A stretch of DNA of 64,000 nt from Felis catus (lineage: Eukaryota). The DNA lies in contig NC_058368.1 in assembly GCF_018350175.1 (NCBI RefSeq), positions 166,906,001 to 166,970,000 of the forward strand. The letters are read 5' to 3'. Position numbers and translations under genes: made by a program. Positions 50,901 through 63,640 of this stretch are shown here, in pieces. The notes below the pieces were generated by a model. The model ran no database searches. It was not told the origin of the DNA and was given only the letters and a program-made list of their open reading frames with translations. Position 1 is the stretch's first letter; the number at the start of each line of letters is the position of its first letter.

Positions 50901-52198
50901 GTTTGTTTGACTCTGAAGTTATTCCTGGACAAACACCTTCCATTAATTTTAGGCACATTCATTTCATTTACTCAGTAATCATATGTAAGTGGTGTACTTA
51001 GGAGAATAAACTTTAAAAACAAAAGGAGCTATAACAGTTTTACATCTGACCTTTCAGCTCCCGAAGACTCTAAAAACTACCTGTATGTTCTTTATTATCA
51101 AATCTTAAACAATAACAATAGTATTATCACTTTCCAATTGTGCGTTTACTATTTTTACACATTTTAAATACTTTTAATGCACTTTGAAAATTTGGAGTGC
51201 TTTTTATTTCTACTATAAGTTTATAAATAATTGTTCTTTTCAAGAAAATCGAGTTATCTGTGAATGCCATCAGAAAGCCCCCCTTTTTTGTATACCTCAA
51301 TAAGTCTCCTTATTCCAGTGCCAGGATATCCTCCAAGTACTCAATGGAAGATCCATGCAGCTAGGGTTTTCTTGACCTGAAGTGACACACTGTGCCAAAT
51401 AAACGCCACCTTCAAATATGTAGTTAATATTGATTATTGTCCCCCTGAATAACACATACTAATGCTTAAATTTCCCCAAACTTCATTAATTGGATGAAGT
51501 AGTCTGTGTCTCCATCACGTTAGAGCTGCAGCAGAATAAAACTGCTGTAGCTGACACAGAAAAAAATCAGATTGCCTAGAATGAAAAATAAAGCCAAAAT
51601 AACAGTTCAGTTGATAGGGTTGTATTTGAGAAGCCCAGTCATGGGCAATTATTATATTTCATATAGTAACTTCACCTTTACGTAATTAACTTTTCCTGCT
51701 TAGTTTTAATTAGCTGTTCTAGCTTCCCAATTTTGAGGCTTGTCGAGTTAACAAAAAATTAACAACTTTTACAGCGCCCTCTTAAAAAAAGGACATTCCT
51801 AACTATAAAAATGGAAGCAAAATAGTAGGGATGTATCAAAAAGAAAGTGACAGGAAAACACTTGCCAAATTTTAAGTATCCCAAAAAACAACTGTACATA
51901 GTAAGAGAAAATAAACAGATCATTTGTACTTCATTGCATGAAGTAAATCCAAGACAGCTCATTCATTTTCCTTTCCACAAAAGGCCCTCTCCTTTGCTAA
52001 GACCGATAAGAAAGGAAGATGCCAACTGAGCTCAATCCTTCTCTAATGCATTAAGAACTCAGCACATGTTACCCAGATAAAATATAAAGTATGCTAAAAG
52101 ATTTGTGTGTGCACTAAAAGATTAACCATTTCACCTACTCCAGAAATTAAAACAAGGAATGGACGTGTATGAGCACGTCTGTGTATTTGTGTGTCTTT

Positions 52199-52320
52199 GT
52201 TATATTCACTTTCCATCTATAAATAGGTAACACATTTAGCTGCTGCAATAACTTACCTCATATTCCATTGCAAGGCCAAGATATGATTCTCTATCAGGCA
52301 TTTGAGAAGGTACATCTCAG
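52199..52320 (+). repeat. 122-bp dispersed direct repeat, copy A
   Basis: Ungapped alignment to 53983-54104; 15 mismatches by hand count. Confidence 0.9.
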
Positions 52321-53507
52321 AAACCCTTTGAAATGTGTGCCTTGCAAAAAATAATGGCTCGGGACAGAACCATTAAAATGTTCCCTCTTAAGGATTCCGG
52401 TTACGTAAACACTTTTTTTCAGGTAGAGGAGACGGGGTACTTGTAGGTCAAATTAAGCCACTAGTCCAAGGCCCAAACAGTTATTACAGGTCATTATAAT
52501 TCCTAGTATGATCTTAATTGGAGTGTTAGAACTAGAAAGTGTATCAGAAATTATGTGATCCAACTTCTTTATTTGTACAGAATAAAGTACTGAGAGAGAG
52601 AAAAGTTACAGTGTCCTAACTCAGCTTCCGGTTATTGTCAAAATAGGGCCTGGAAACCATGTCTTCTGGAGGCTCCTTTAGAGTATTTTCCACCATTTTG
52701 GAAGAGTATTATTTATATCATACATACATTCTTCGCCTTTGAAGGATTCTTTGTGCGGTCCCTATAGGCAACAAAATTTTCTACTCCCTTTAAAATCCAG
52801 CTTGATATATATACACATTCTAATCTCACAAGAGCCTCTAACATGATCTGGGCAGTGTGGTCAAGGATAGTTGTTTGGGAATTGGAGAAATCAAGATTTC
52901 ACCCTGACTTTACTAGTAAATGACTTGGACTTGATCTTTGATGTGCCTTTTCCTAGGATGCAAAATTAGGGATAGGTGTTAGATTGCATTCATATCCATT
53001 CCAGTATGATTTATGTCACTGTTTACCTAAACTTTTCAAAGTCACCATTTGTTAAAATTCTAAAGTTGAAAGTAGCTCAATCAAAAGGTAAAAGTGTACT
53101 TGAAATTTACATTGATTATTTTCACATAAAGAGCACAGTTAATCATTATATTTTTGTGTTTTTAGTCAAACAATTTTTAGAGCAATAAAACTCATCTTTT
53201 TCAAAAATTTTGATAACATTTATGTAAATTATGGGGATTTTCCCTCTAGTAAAATGTTGCACATCCAAGAAAACAAAATTATCCTTATATTTTCAGTCTT
53301 TACACCTTAGAAAGAATGCAAACACTGGACTATTGCAAAAATATCCTCAAATATGAGATTTGAATGCAATAATCTCAGTTTTTAAAAATGCCTTGCCTAC
53401 CTTTAAAATATTTTAGATTGCTCACAGTTTAAGTCTAAGCTCGGTAGGCAAACAATACCACCTACATTTTCTATTTTCATGAAGATCATATGAAATACTT
53501 TTTTCAG

Positions 53508-53738
53508 TGGGTGGTTCAGTTCATTGAGCATCCAACTCTTGATTTCGGCTCAGGTCAGGATCCTAAGGTGGTGGAGCTTGAGCCCCAGTTCTCAGGCTCT
53601 GTGCTGAGGGTACAACCTGCTTAAGATCCTCTCTCTCTCCACCCTCCCTCCACCCCACCCGTCTCCACTATTGGCACTCTCGCACTCTCTCTCTCTAAAA
53701 TTAAAAAAAAAAAAAAAAAAAAAGAAAAGAAAAAAAGA
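53508..53738 (+). mobile_element. Can-SINE (first few bases missing), first of a tandem pair
   Basis: TGGGTGGTTCAG...TTCGGCTCAGGTCAGGATCC, CT tract, long poly-A. Confidence 0.9.
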
Positions 53739-53963
53739 GGGGCACCTGGGTGGCTCAGTGGGTGAAGCATCTGAGTCTTGATTTTGGTTCAGGTCATGAT
53801 TGGTTCCGTTTTTGAGTTTGAGCCCTGCATCAGGCTCTCTGTCAGCACAGAGCCCACTTTGGATCCTTGGATCCTCTGTCTCCTTCTCTCTCTGCTCCTC
53901 CCCCCCCCCCCCCCCGCTCTCCCTCACGTGCTCTATCAAAAATAAATAAACATTTTTAAAAAA
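53739..53963 (+). mobile_element. Can-SINE, second of the tandem pair
   Basis: GGGGCACCTGGGTGGCTCAG immediately after the previous A-tail; poly-C tract; AATAAATAAAC tail. Confidence 0.93.
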
Positions 53964-53982
53964 TCCTTTCTATTTTTAATAA

Positions 53983-54104
53983 GTTATATTCACTTTCCAT
54001 CTATAAATATGTATCACATTTAACTGCTGCAACAAATTACGTCATATTCTACTGCAGGGCCAAGATGTGATTCTATGTCAGGAGTTTGAGAAGGCACATC
54101 TCAG
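53983..54104 (+). repeat. 122-bp dispersed direct repeat, copy B
   Basis: GTTATATTCACTTTCCATCTATAAATA...ACATCTCAG matches 52199-52320. Confidence 0.9.
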
Positions 54105-57100
54105 TGGCTGAGGTGACTCTGTGTTTTAATTGTGTGGCATTATGGCATTTAGCACTCAGACAAAAAGACTCCTACCTCACTAATTTGAGTCACACAGGTA
54201 GATGTGATTCAGTTCCTTTTATGTCAGCGCATGTTAAAATGCAACACTCCTGCTATTACAGTTCTTTTAATCAAAGTCTTCCAACCACACTCATCTGTAG
54301 CAACAAAAATGATACGTTTTGAATTAAGAAATGAATAGATTTGTTTAATCTTTTTACCAAAAAATCATTACATCATTTTTGTATTTCTTAATGGAAATTT
54401 TTTAAAGAAAAATATATATAAGATAAAATATACATTAAAACAAAAATGTCTAGAACATTTTATTTTTTCCTGTCTCCTATGCAATTATGTCAACACAAGT
54501 AAAATTTCAAAGAAATACTCTGGTATTTCTATCAGTTGCCAGTCACTACTAAATAACCCACTATGCTTCCAGCATAGAAATTAGGGCTGGTAGTTATTGG
54601 TTAATTAACAGACCAATCTTCATCTTGAAAAAGTATTAATTAAATTACATTAGTTTTACAAAATGAAGATTATAATCACTTTTATTTACTCCAAAATAGG
54701 TTGCTTAGACTGGTTAAACTCATTAAAAAAAAAAAAAAAAGGCTTTTCACTTAAAGCTACAAGGAATAAGATAGGAGGAGGGAAACTCAGTAATTAATAG
54801 ATGGAAATTTGTCATGAACTTTATAGCAAATAAATAGTACATTGCTTTATCAGAGAAAATAATTCTATAATAGGATGAAAACACTGAGCTTGGAATAGAC
54901 CCAAATGAAATAAGTCCCCACGAAGTACTTCTTGGCTTCCTAGCACAGTTTCTAATGCACCATTTACACCGCGGGACCAGCAATGCCCTGGCAAGCCCTA
55001 TTTCTGTTATATTGTAACATCAATAAGTCCAGCGTATTTTAGAGATTTTGAAGTAAGCAAAGACAAAGAACACCATTGTGTTCTATTTCCCATTTTGAGG
55101 TTTTCACACCAAGAATTATCATTTTCATTTTGCCTGTTTTCTCAACCGACCTCTGTGTTAAATTCAATCATTTCTAAAAAATCATATTAATAACAGCATG
55201 ATTCAAGAAACCAATTTGTGTCCCTAGAACAAAGTGAGATCGTGTAAACATAATCAGCTGAAGAGGAAGGAAATATATTGTAAAATGAAGTTTCAAATTC
55301 TTGTTTCTGAAATTTATTCTGTTTGCACTATAAAAATTATCAGCAGAGAAGGTAACACTAGGCTAACTTTTCAGCCTGTTTGAAGGCTGCCAAAATGCAA
55401 AAATATTGACATCTAGAATTGTGTTTCATATCACATCACACTTGAGTGAGTTTTGGGAGTCAGCCTCCTCAAACCACCCACTCTCGTTCTTCTACGTCTC
55501 ATCCTACATTAATTTTCCAGTTGGGCATTTATGGAGTCATTGGTGACTTGTGTACAAGGATAATAAACATGACATTGAAGTGCATTGTGGAAATAGCTAA
55601 AGGAGAAAAGGATAAATGAATTTAAAATTGGACTGAGGACCCTAATACATATTTATTTTTTATTTCCTCTTTGTTGATTACCACTGCTGCTCAAGTTGAA
55701 TATTGTGGTTCTGTAAAAAGAAACCTGCTAACTAACCCCTTGCTTATTCTGCCAATTACTTTTTTGTGTATACTTGTAATTAAACCCATTCTGGGATTCA
55801 TGTCAGCTTTCCTGCACAGCAATCAATACTAAATTGTAACAAAGGAAAAGAGACAATCTCTGTTGTTAGTAGATGTTGCCTGTACTTGTACAAATAAGAT
55901 TAGAAGCAGCATGTAGAGTGAGCTGTGAGTACATGACATTTTCCCAATAACAGTTTTTCATTATTTTAAAGTGTGCATGAAATCCCTACCACCCTCGGTC
56001 TTCTTGGTCTCTCCCACATGTCACTGAGGATTCAGCTTTGGTTCATCTCCAGCTCTCTGACACAAAGCAAGGGCTTCTCGGCACCTGCTGTCCACGCCAC
56101 CCACAAGATCAGTGTATTCCAAAAGCATACCACTTTCTGGGAATGAAATAACTTCCTTTTCAATAGAAATATTTAAAATTAGCATGGATTGACAGACATA
56201 ACTTTAATTTTTAAAATCACGAAACAAGATACACGGCAACTTGCTTAAGACATGAATTCAAAAGTCAGTAAAAATAGATGTCCATAAAATAAAACATCAT
56301 GTAATGCACTGAAAAATATCTCTTTCCTCTCTATTTTTTCCCCTGTAATTTTTCCTCTCTATTTTTGTTCTATGAAGACATTTCATGTCACTAAGTATTT
56401 ATGTTATTTGGGGGTGAGGGGGAGAAGTATTCACTGAAGGTTTTCAAATGTCCTGAATTTTCAGAAGACAAAATGGCCGGCAGCATACTCAAGATAGATT
56501 TATTGCCCTTCACATTAAAAAAAAAAAAAGTGGAAAGTACAGTAAGGTAGTTTCACTTTTCAAATAACAGCTGAGTTAAAATACCAACAATGGTTATAGC
56601 ATAATGCATGAGGTCAGTATTCACATTACAATTATTTTCACAATGCATAGCTTACAATTCAAAAACCTTTTACTATCTATATTACATTATCATGGGTTAA
56701 GAGCATAATGTCAGCTCCCTGAACTTTCCATTTCATTGCTTTTGTTGGTTTTCATAAGGCTGGCCCTTAGAGGTAGGGATACTTACATCTTGAATTATAA
56801 GGATTTACACTCTTTCCTCGGTGCCTGAGATTTATATTCATCAATGTTAAAAGATGTTAGATGTATAAATCTCTACGGATCAAGATAAGAACATACACCC
56901 ACAGGGGATTCTAATGTACTCTTTATATTTACTATTAACGTCCTTGTTACCATGGCTGTGTAATTTGAGTTCATATGCATGCATATTAGAAAGGTAAGAT
57001 ATTAAATGGCACATTTCTTTCATTGCTCTTGAAGCGAGATAAAAGAAAAAAATTAAATATGAAATCTGTACTAGGCAAATGCTTCCATATTTGCCTTTTT

Positions 57101-57175
57101 ATCCGTGTGCTAGCTTTTAATTATAGACACCATTGACTCGTATTCATGGCAAGAGTTGCACTTCTACCTCCGCAG

Positions 57176-57222
57176 ACTTACCTGACAGAGAGAATAATGG
57201 AACAGTACATGCAAAAATTCTG
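57176..57222 (-). promoter_or_regulatory. Candidate recursive splice site (3' splice site immediately followed by a 5' splice site)
   Basis: Minus strand reads TTTTTGCATGTACTGTTCCATTATTCTCTCTGTCAG|GTAAGT, junction 57182/57181. Host gene not visible in this window. Confidence 0.3.
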
Positions 57223-57632
57223 AGTTCATTATTCGGTGAACAACGCTGCTGAACCTAAAACCTGCCCAGTAGTTTTCCAGCTAAGAGTAGCATGTTTTTC
57301 TTATTTGAAAAAATGTAAAACAATTGCTAAACCACTTCTTGGGGTCTATTTCTCTAAGAGGGACTTTCAAAATCCAAAATGCCTTTTATTGCGCCGCATT
57401 ATTTTTCACTCTAGCAAAATATAATTCCATTTTCCAGCTGAAACAGTAGTCATTTTTCCCCCTTGTATTCTTTGTAAACTTCCAGTTTTGTAATCGTGGT
57501 TTTAAGACGTGATTGTCTCCCACAGAGCATAAACTGGCTTTAGTGGACATCATCACACACTTTTATAAGCAACTTACATGTCCTTGTGTTTTTAGTTATA
57601 CAAAATAATATGAAATACCCATTCTTTCTTCA

Positions 57633-57820
57633 TAGGGTTGCCAGATGAAATACAGCACATCTAGCTAAGTGAATTTCAGATAAACAAAGAGTAAGTTTTT
57701 AGTATGAGTATATTTCATTCAATATTTGGGCCATATGTGCACTGAAAATCTAAACATTTGTATGAAACTCGAGTTTAACTAAGTGTTTTGTGTTTTTATT
57801 TGCTAAATCTGGCATCCTTA
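57633..57820. mobile_element. MER53 hAT MITE
   Basis: Terminal inverted repeats TAGGGTTGCCAGAT and ATCTGGCATCCTTA; GAATTTCAGATAAACAA; about 188 bp. Confidence 0.85.
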
Positions 57821-58211
57821 CTCATTCACCTATAATTCTTGACATGAAGCAAAATTCTGGGATGTTATCCTACAGTTTAGTTTGATTTAGTTTGATTTTG
57901 TCAATTTCTGTTGCAGTGGTATTCAGTCCAAGCTTAATAATGTCATGCAAAATAAAAAAAAAAAAAAAACTAAAAGGACAAACCTGTTTAAATTATCAGA
58001 ATTTTTTGGTTATCTGAAACAAGGGCAGTTTTAAAAATAATGTCACTTTTCTACTTGAAAAGGACGTACCATGTGGGAGAATGAAGAGCTCAGGGGACCT
58101 ATAATGAGATACAGGCCTTTCATTGGTTTGAATATAGCCCTAGGTGGTAGTGACTGAAAGTTTTTGCCATCTGGTACCTGATCAGTAGCTGATGTGAAGC
58201 TGTTGATTTCA

Positions 58212-58214
<3 letters not shown>

Positions 58215-58252
<38 letters not shown>
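58215..58252. repeat. Poly(A) run of about 38 nt
   Basis: Read directly; no SINE body or clear TSD seen. Confidence 0.9.
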
Positions 58253-58253
<1 letters not shown>

Positions 58254-58999
58254 AAGGCAAATAACAAGTATTCAAGAAGGATAATTTTACTGTGCACCAC
58301 ACCTCCATAACCTTGACCAAATCATTTCACTTCTCCCTCAAGTTTCTCCATCTCTGCAAAAGAAAATACACTAGTCATCTGTCTATCCGTCCTTAAATTT
58401 AAATAACAACTGGTATTGTAAAGCAATTTAAAGGTAAAACATACTTCAAGCAGTAATTCTTTCATTCCAAATAGCTACAGTTTTCTAATTTGTAGTAATT
58501 AGGAACAGACTATATGAATATTTTAAAAGAAGTAATGATTACAATTTTTCAAGAGCCCATAATACACCCCCCCAAGTTGAATGATAGAAATGATTCAATT
58601 TGTTATTTGGAGAAGCTCTTACGGAAGGCACCACATGAGAAATATGAAGTATTTATATCGGTAGGGTAAAGGCCCCTACCTTCCTATCACCTTCCAGTTC
58701 CCTCCCCTTTCCCCTTATTTTGATAGTACCTGCATTTCATGACAATGAAAAGGGGAGTGCTGGGTTGACAGAAGAAAACTGAAAGATCCAGACCTGCCAC
58801 TCCCTGCTGGACAACCTTGAGAAAGTAACTTCAATTTCCAAATCCCTAAAATAAATAGTATGATTCTTGAATCTGTATGTGACAAGAATAACTTTTTTTT
58901 TCATACAAACAAACAAACAAAAAGAATGCCAATCCCATGCCTATCTTTTAAAGAGGTTGATTTGGTAAAATGTGACAAAAGCTTTAAGTTTCACTTCCC

Positions 59000-61330
59000 A
59001 CCTTTCTCTTAGGAAAGAGGAAATGCTAAGGGAGAAAGATACAGAGGCATGAAGAGCCTGGTGTGTTTGAGGAGCTATGAACAGTAAGCAACAGAGTAGC
59101 TTGTTCAAATTTTTATCCTAGAGATTGTCGAAATTGAGGCAGCTAGATTGGAGTTGATCAAGAATAGAGGAAAAGGTAACTTGAAAACTTATGACAATAA
59201 ACCAATTCAAAATAGATGAAATCTTGGGTAATGAAGCGAAGGGGGATAGGTTGGATATGAGAGCTATTAATGAGATAGACTCTGCCAGACAATGATAAGT
59301 TAGAGGTAGGAAATAAGAAAGTGATGTTCTTTAGGTTTGGACTTTGGTTTACCATGTACACAATGGTATTATTAACGAAGCTTGGGAGTGCAGAAACAGA
59401 CATAGGTTTGCTGAGGAATGGCAGTGTGTTCAGTTTTCAATCTGTTGAATGGGCGCCATGCAGGTCACCAAGGTGAGTTACCTGGTAGTCAGTACTACTT
59501 AAGGTATATAGACTTTAAAGGAGAAGGCTGGGTGGCAGACCTGGTTTTGGGAGTTAAACTAGACAATGTTTTTTTTTTTAGTTAGGGTAATTAGAAGGAG
59601 ATTTATTAAGTGATATGGAACACATACAGAACTAATGTAGACATGGAAAGCCTGTAGCATAATCTTTCCATAAACAACACCCTCAATGACACCAAAAACC
59701 TGGCCCACCAATGGAGTTACTACATCTGCTAAAATGAAGAAGCAATAGAATCATAAAGCTGCTGGCACATCTGCCAGAATCAGAACCAATGCCGAATATG
59801 ATAAAATGCATGCTTTCAGAATAGATCCCATTGTCCTGACTCTGGACATGCAACAAATGAGGCACCAGATATCAGGGCCTCCGCGATGAAAATCAAGGCA
59901 CAGCAACTTTGCCTAACAGAAGATCCAGGCAAGCTCTATGCCACAACTACTTTGCAACTTTCACATGGTGCGTTGTCTTCACAGAAGCTAGAATAGCAAG
60001 GGTTGCAAAGGTGTTTGGGAAATATAATTTTTAGCTTTCCAGTCTGTAAATAGAGCCTCAAGTAGGGAACTGGAATGGTGTTCAGTCAATCGATCTGACA
60101 CATTTACCAAATTAAGCATGAAGTTAAAAAGGATGTTTAAAGGTATTATAGTAGATGTCAATAAAAGAGAACATATGGCATTAGAAGAGAAGCAAGTGAG
60201 CAGTGAAGAGAAATATGGCCAGGGACATAAACCAAGAAAATATCAATATCTAAAGGGTACGCACAGAGAGAGGGGATGAAAGATTCTGAGATGAATATGA
60301 AAAGTCGGAACGTAAAAAAGAAGCAGTTGGTGCTTTGAGTATCAAAAAAAAAAAGTGAGATTTTCATGATGGGAATTTTCAAGTTGTATGGCACATAGAA
60401 GTCATTACGTTTGTTGATTAACATGTCATTGGTGACTTTTGCTAGAAAACAGGTCAGAGCTGGAACCAGATAGCAGGGGATTGATCAATGAGTGAATTAG
60501 AAACAATGATGTAGAAACTGGTTGATTCTTCAGAGAAGAGAGATATAGCAATAAGTAGAAAAGAGAAGATAAAAGAAGAGACAAGGACTTTCGCAAGTGG
60601 AGACAGACCTGAGCATGTGTTTTTCTGCTTATGTGAGGCAAGCATATAAGAGGAAAAATTTAAAATAGAAGGTAATGATGGAATCAATGAATAAGTCAGG
60701 TCCTGAAGGAAACAGAGTGAACAAGAGTACGGTAAGGGAGGGGCGCCTGGGTGGGTCGGTCGGTTAAGTGTCCAACTCTTGATTTTGGCTCAGGTCATGA
60801 TCTCACAGTTTGTGAGTTTGAGTCCCACATTGGGCTCTGTGCTGTGTCAGCACAGAGCCTGCTTGGAATTCTCTCTCTCTCTCTCTCTCTCTCTGCGCCT
60901 CTACCCCCACTCATGCTTTCTCTCTCTCTTTCTCTCAAAATAAATAAACTTAAGTAAAAAAAAAAAGAGTCACTTTTTCCTCAGTATCTCAAAGAAAAAA
61001 GGTTTGAATGAGTTACAGATTTACCTAGGTTTGGGAATAGGAGTGGGCAATGGAGGGATTTATCATGACATACTCAATGCTTACTGTTGGGGGATGAGGC
61101 ATTGATGTAAATGGCTTGAGCAGGATGATAATGCCATGAAGTACTCTTGAGTGAGTGGAAAGGAGACCCAGGAACATGTAAAGATACTGACATGTAGTAC
61201 AACTGCCCAAAATACTCAGTTGAGGCGGGGGACCACAGAGATCTGCCTGCCCAGTCTACATAATTATTTGATTTCCTCCACGTTTTGGGTACCACCATGA
61301 ATGTAGATAGTTGAACTGACTCAAAGTTGA
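59000..61330 (-). mobile_element. L2 LINE remnant with nested LTR-like fossil (about 59580-60110) and SINE
   Basis: GCCTGGTGTGTTTGAGGA, ATGGTATTATTAAC, GTGTTCAGTTTT, GTCATTGGTGACTTTTGCTAGAA, GACCTGAGCATGT. Confidence 0.6.
60740..60966 (+). mobile_element. Can-SINE
   Basis: GGGGCGCCTGGGTGG head, (CT)n, A-tail; no clear TSD. Confidence 0.93.
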
Positions 61331-61384
61331 GTTGGCAGGAGCTAAGCCCCATTTTTTTTGTATTTTAGAGAAGTGTATTTGTTG

Positions 61385-61690
61385 GGATGTCATTTTGGCT
61401 AATGTAAATGAAATGACAAAATAAATAGGTAAAAGTTTATTTTTCTCTCTGATACAGATGGTGTATGTCAGTTCTCTTCCACAAATGCCAAAAAGCCAGC
61501 TGCCTTCTGTCTCGTTGCTCTATTGTCTTCAAAATATGCTTTCCAACTCATGGTGCAATATGGTTGCACCTGCTCTCACCATCATGACCTCATTCCAATT
61601 AGCCGGAGGAGAATAGAGGGAAGACAAGAACACAACCATATGGTTATACCTAACCAGGAGGCTGGAAAATCTAGTCTTTAGCAAGCTATC
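61385..61690 (-). mobile_element. MLT1J-like MaLR LTR fragment
   Basis: AAATAAATAGG...TTTATTTTTCTCTC, CAATATGGTTGCACCTGCTC, CAGGAGGCTGGAAAATCTAGTCTTTA. Confidence 0.6.
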
Positions 61691-63484
61691 CTAATTTATA
61701 TACAATTATATAAATATATAAATATGTAATTTTAGTTACAGTTATATATGTTACATATATATAACTATACCTAAAATTATATTACTAAAAAAGTAACCAT
61801 TTGTTTACATAGGAGGATATTATTCTGAAAGCATTTTTGAGGAAAAGTAGGCTAGAATACAATATTGAATATTTTTATTTTTTCATCATTATTCTATGAT
61901 TTTATAGAACTTACATAAGTATCAATGCCTCTTAAATTTTTTGAAGCCTCTGCAGAATAACATAAAAAAAAACAGTGAAAGAAAACTCAAATTTCTGCCA
62001 CACCACATTGGGCCAGGCGCTTAATCTCCTGTTGTATCTTTTTACCTCTTGTTTGTTAAGTTACAATCCATGTAAACCCAAAATGTGAAAGGTCATCCAT
62101 TTTTCCAACTTCATGGTAAATGTTTGTTACAACTCCTCTATCCCCCGCCCCCACCAAGGGGGTGTAAAGAGAGAGAAATAGAGAGATTCAATAGAGCTGA
62201 AAGAGAAAGAGAGAGAAGAAAGAAGGAGAGGGGAAAGGAGGAAGGAAGAGTGAGAGAAAGAGATATTGGGGTCTTAGTTTCAGCTATGACTTGATTTGTG
62301 TTCTGTTTGGGTCGAGGGGAGGATTCTTCCACTTTTAATTAGTCCATATCTTAAGTCTGTCCCCATTCCCTTAAGATTTCCAGCAGTAAATAGTTCTTTT
62401 GGTCGGGAAGCTGTTCTTGATAATCAGGCCACATTTGTTTTATTTCCAGTATTACCCTCAACCTTCAGCTAAATTATTCTGCTACAATATCAGTGTCAGA
62501 TAGACAGCCTAGCCTATTTCCATGTTCCCTATTCCTCATTGCTTACAAAGTTAGATACAAATCTATCATCTATTTCTTTAATCAGCTTTAGCTGCACAGC
62601 TCTAGACTTGTTTATTTGTATCATTTGGATCCTAGATGGCCAAATGAATGGAATTTTTCTCATTAGTATCACAGGAGAAGAAATATTACCTTTCCTTCCA
62701 CTGGCATTATTTTAGTCACTCCGTGGAAGCTTTTACTTCTGTTTATGATAACGAAATGAGCATTGATATCTACATAACTGATATGAGATTTGATACATCT
62801 TTATCATTTTTTTCTTGCTGTTATCTGACAGAATGCATCTATACCAGATAAAGGTATGTTCTTTATTACTTAGTTTTGATTTTACTCCATGGTTTCACTT
62901 AGCTACGTTATGGTCAGTGACAACTTAATAGAGCAAGTCATTGATTTTTTTTCGTTTTTCCCTTTTCATGCTCATCAGGAAAAAATACTGCCTCTCTTCT
63001 CAATCTAACACCCATGGTGTCAGGGCACCTGCCTGTCTGCCTGCCTGCCTGCCTGATGACACATTAAATTATGCTTTGCCAGGTCTAGGTTTGAAATAAA
63101 CTTTCTGACACTTATCCTGATAGCATGACCCAATACCCACTTCGATAATAGCTTTTACCTAATTGAAAAAAAGAACTAGATGTTTAAAATATCACAATCC
63201 TAAAAAGAATTTTAATTCAATGAGAGGGCACCAACGTGCCTTTAATTTAAAACATCACTGAAGAAACTTGGTGCCCAGGAGAACCTCTCACTTAAAGGGT
63301 GGGGGGCGGTTTCAAAGCCAGAAGAGTCAGTATCTGTCACATTGTTTCTCTTTAGACACGAACTCTTGACAAATCTTGTTTGCTCGATCTCTGTAAGGCA
63401 TACACTAATGAAAAAATTAGTAGTAGCTGCATTGGTAGCAAATACATGTAGTATTTCTATGTCTTCACTTATGTATTTTCACAG

Positions 63485-63640
63485 CATTAGACATTGTTCA
63501 TATGAGGAAACTGAGGCACAGAGATATTAAGTAACCTAGCTCAGACTACATAACTAGTAGTGAAGCCATAAATCAAATATTTATATTTATCAATCAATAT
63601 ATCAGTCAAATATTTATGACTGACTCCAGAGTCGTATGTG
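63485..63640 (-). mobile_element. MIR fragment
   Basis: ATGAGGAAACTGAGGCACAGAGATATTAAGTAACCTAGC ... CTGACTCCAGAG. Confidence 0.8.

Noticed and set aside
56323..56366. 16-bp direct repeat TTTCCTCTCTATTTTT
   Set aside because: Low-complexity pyrimidine sequence; a trivial local slippage at most.
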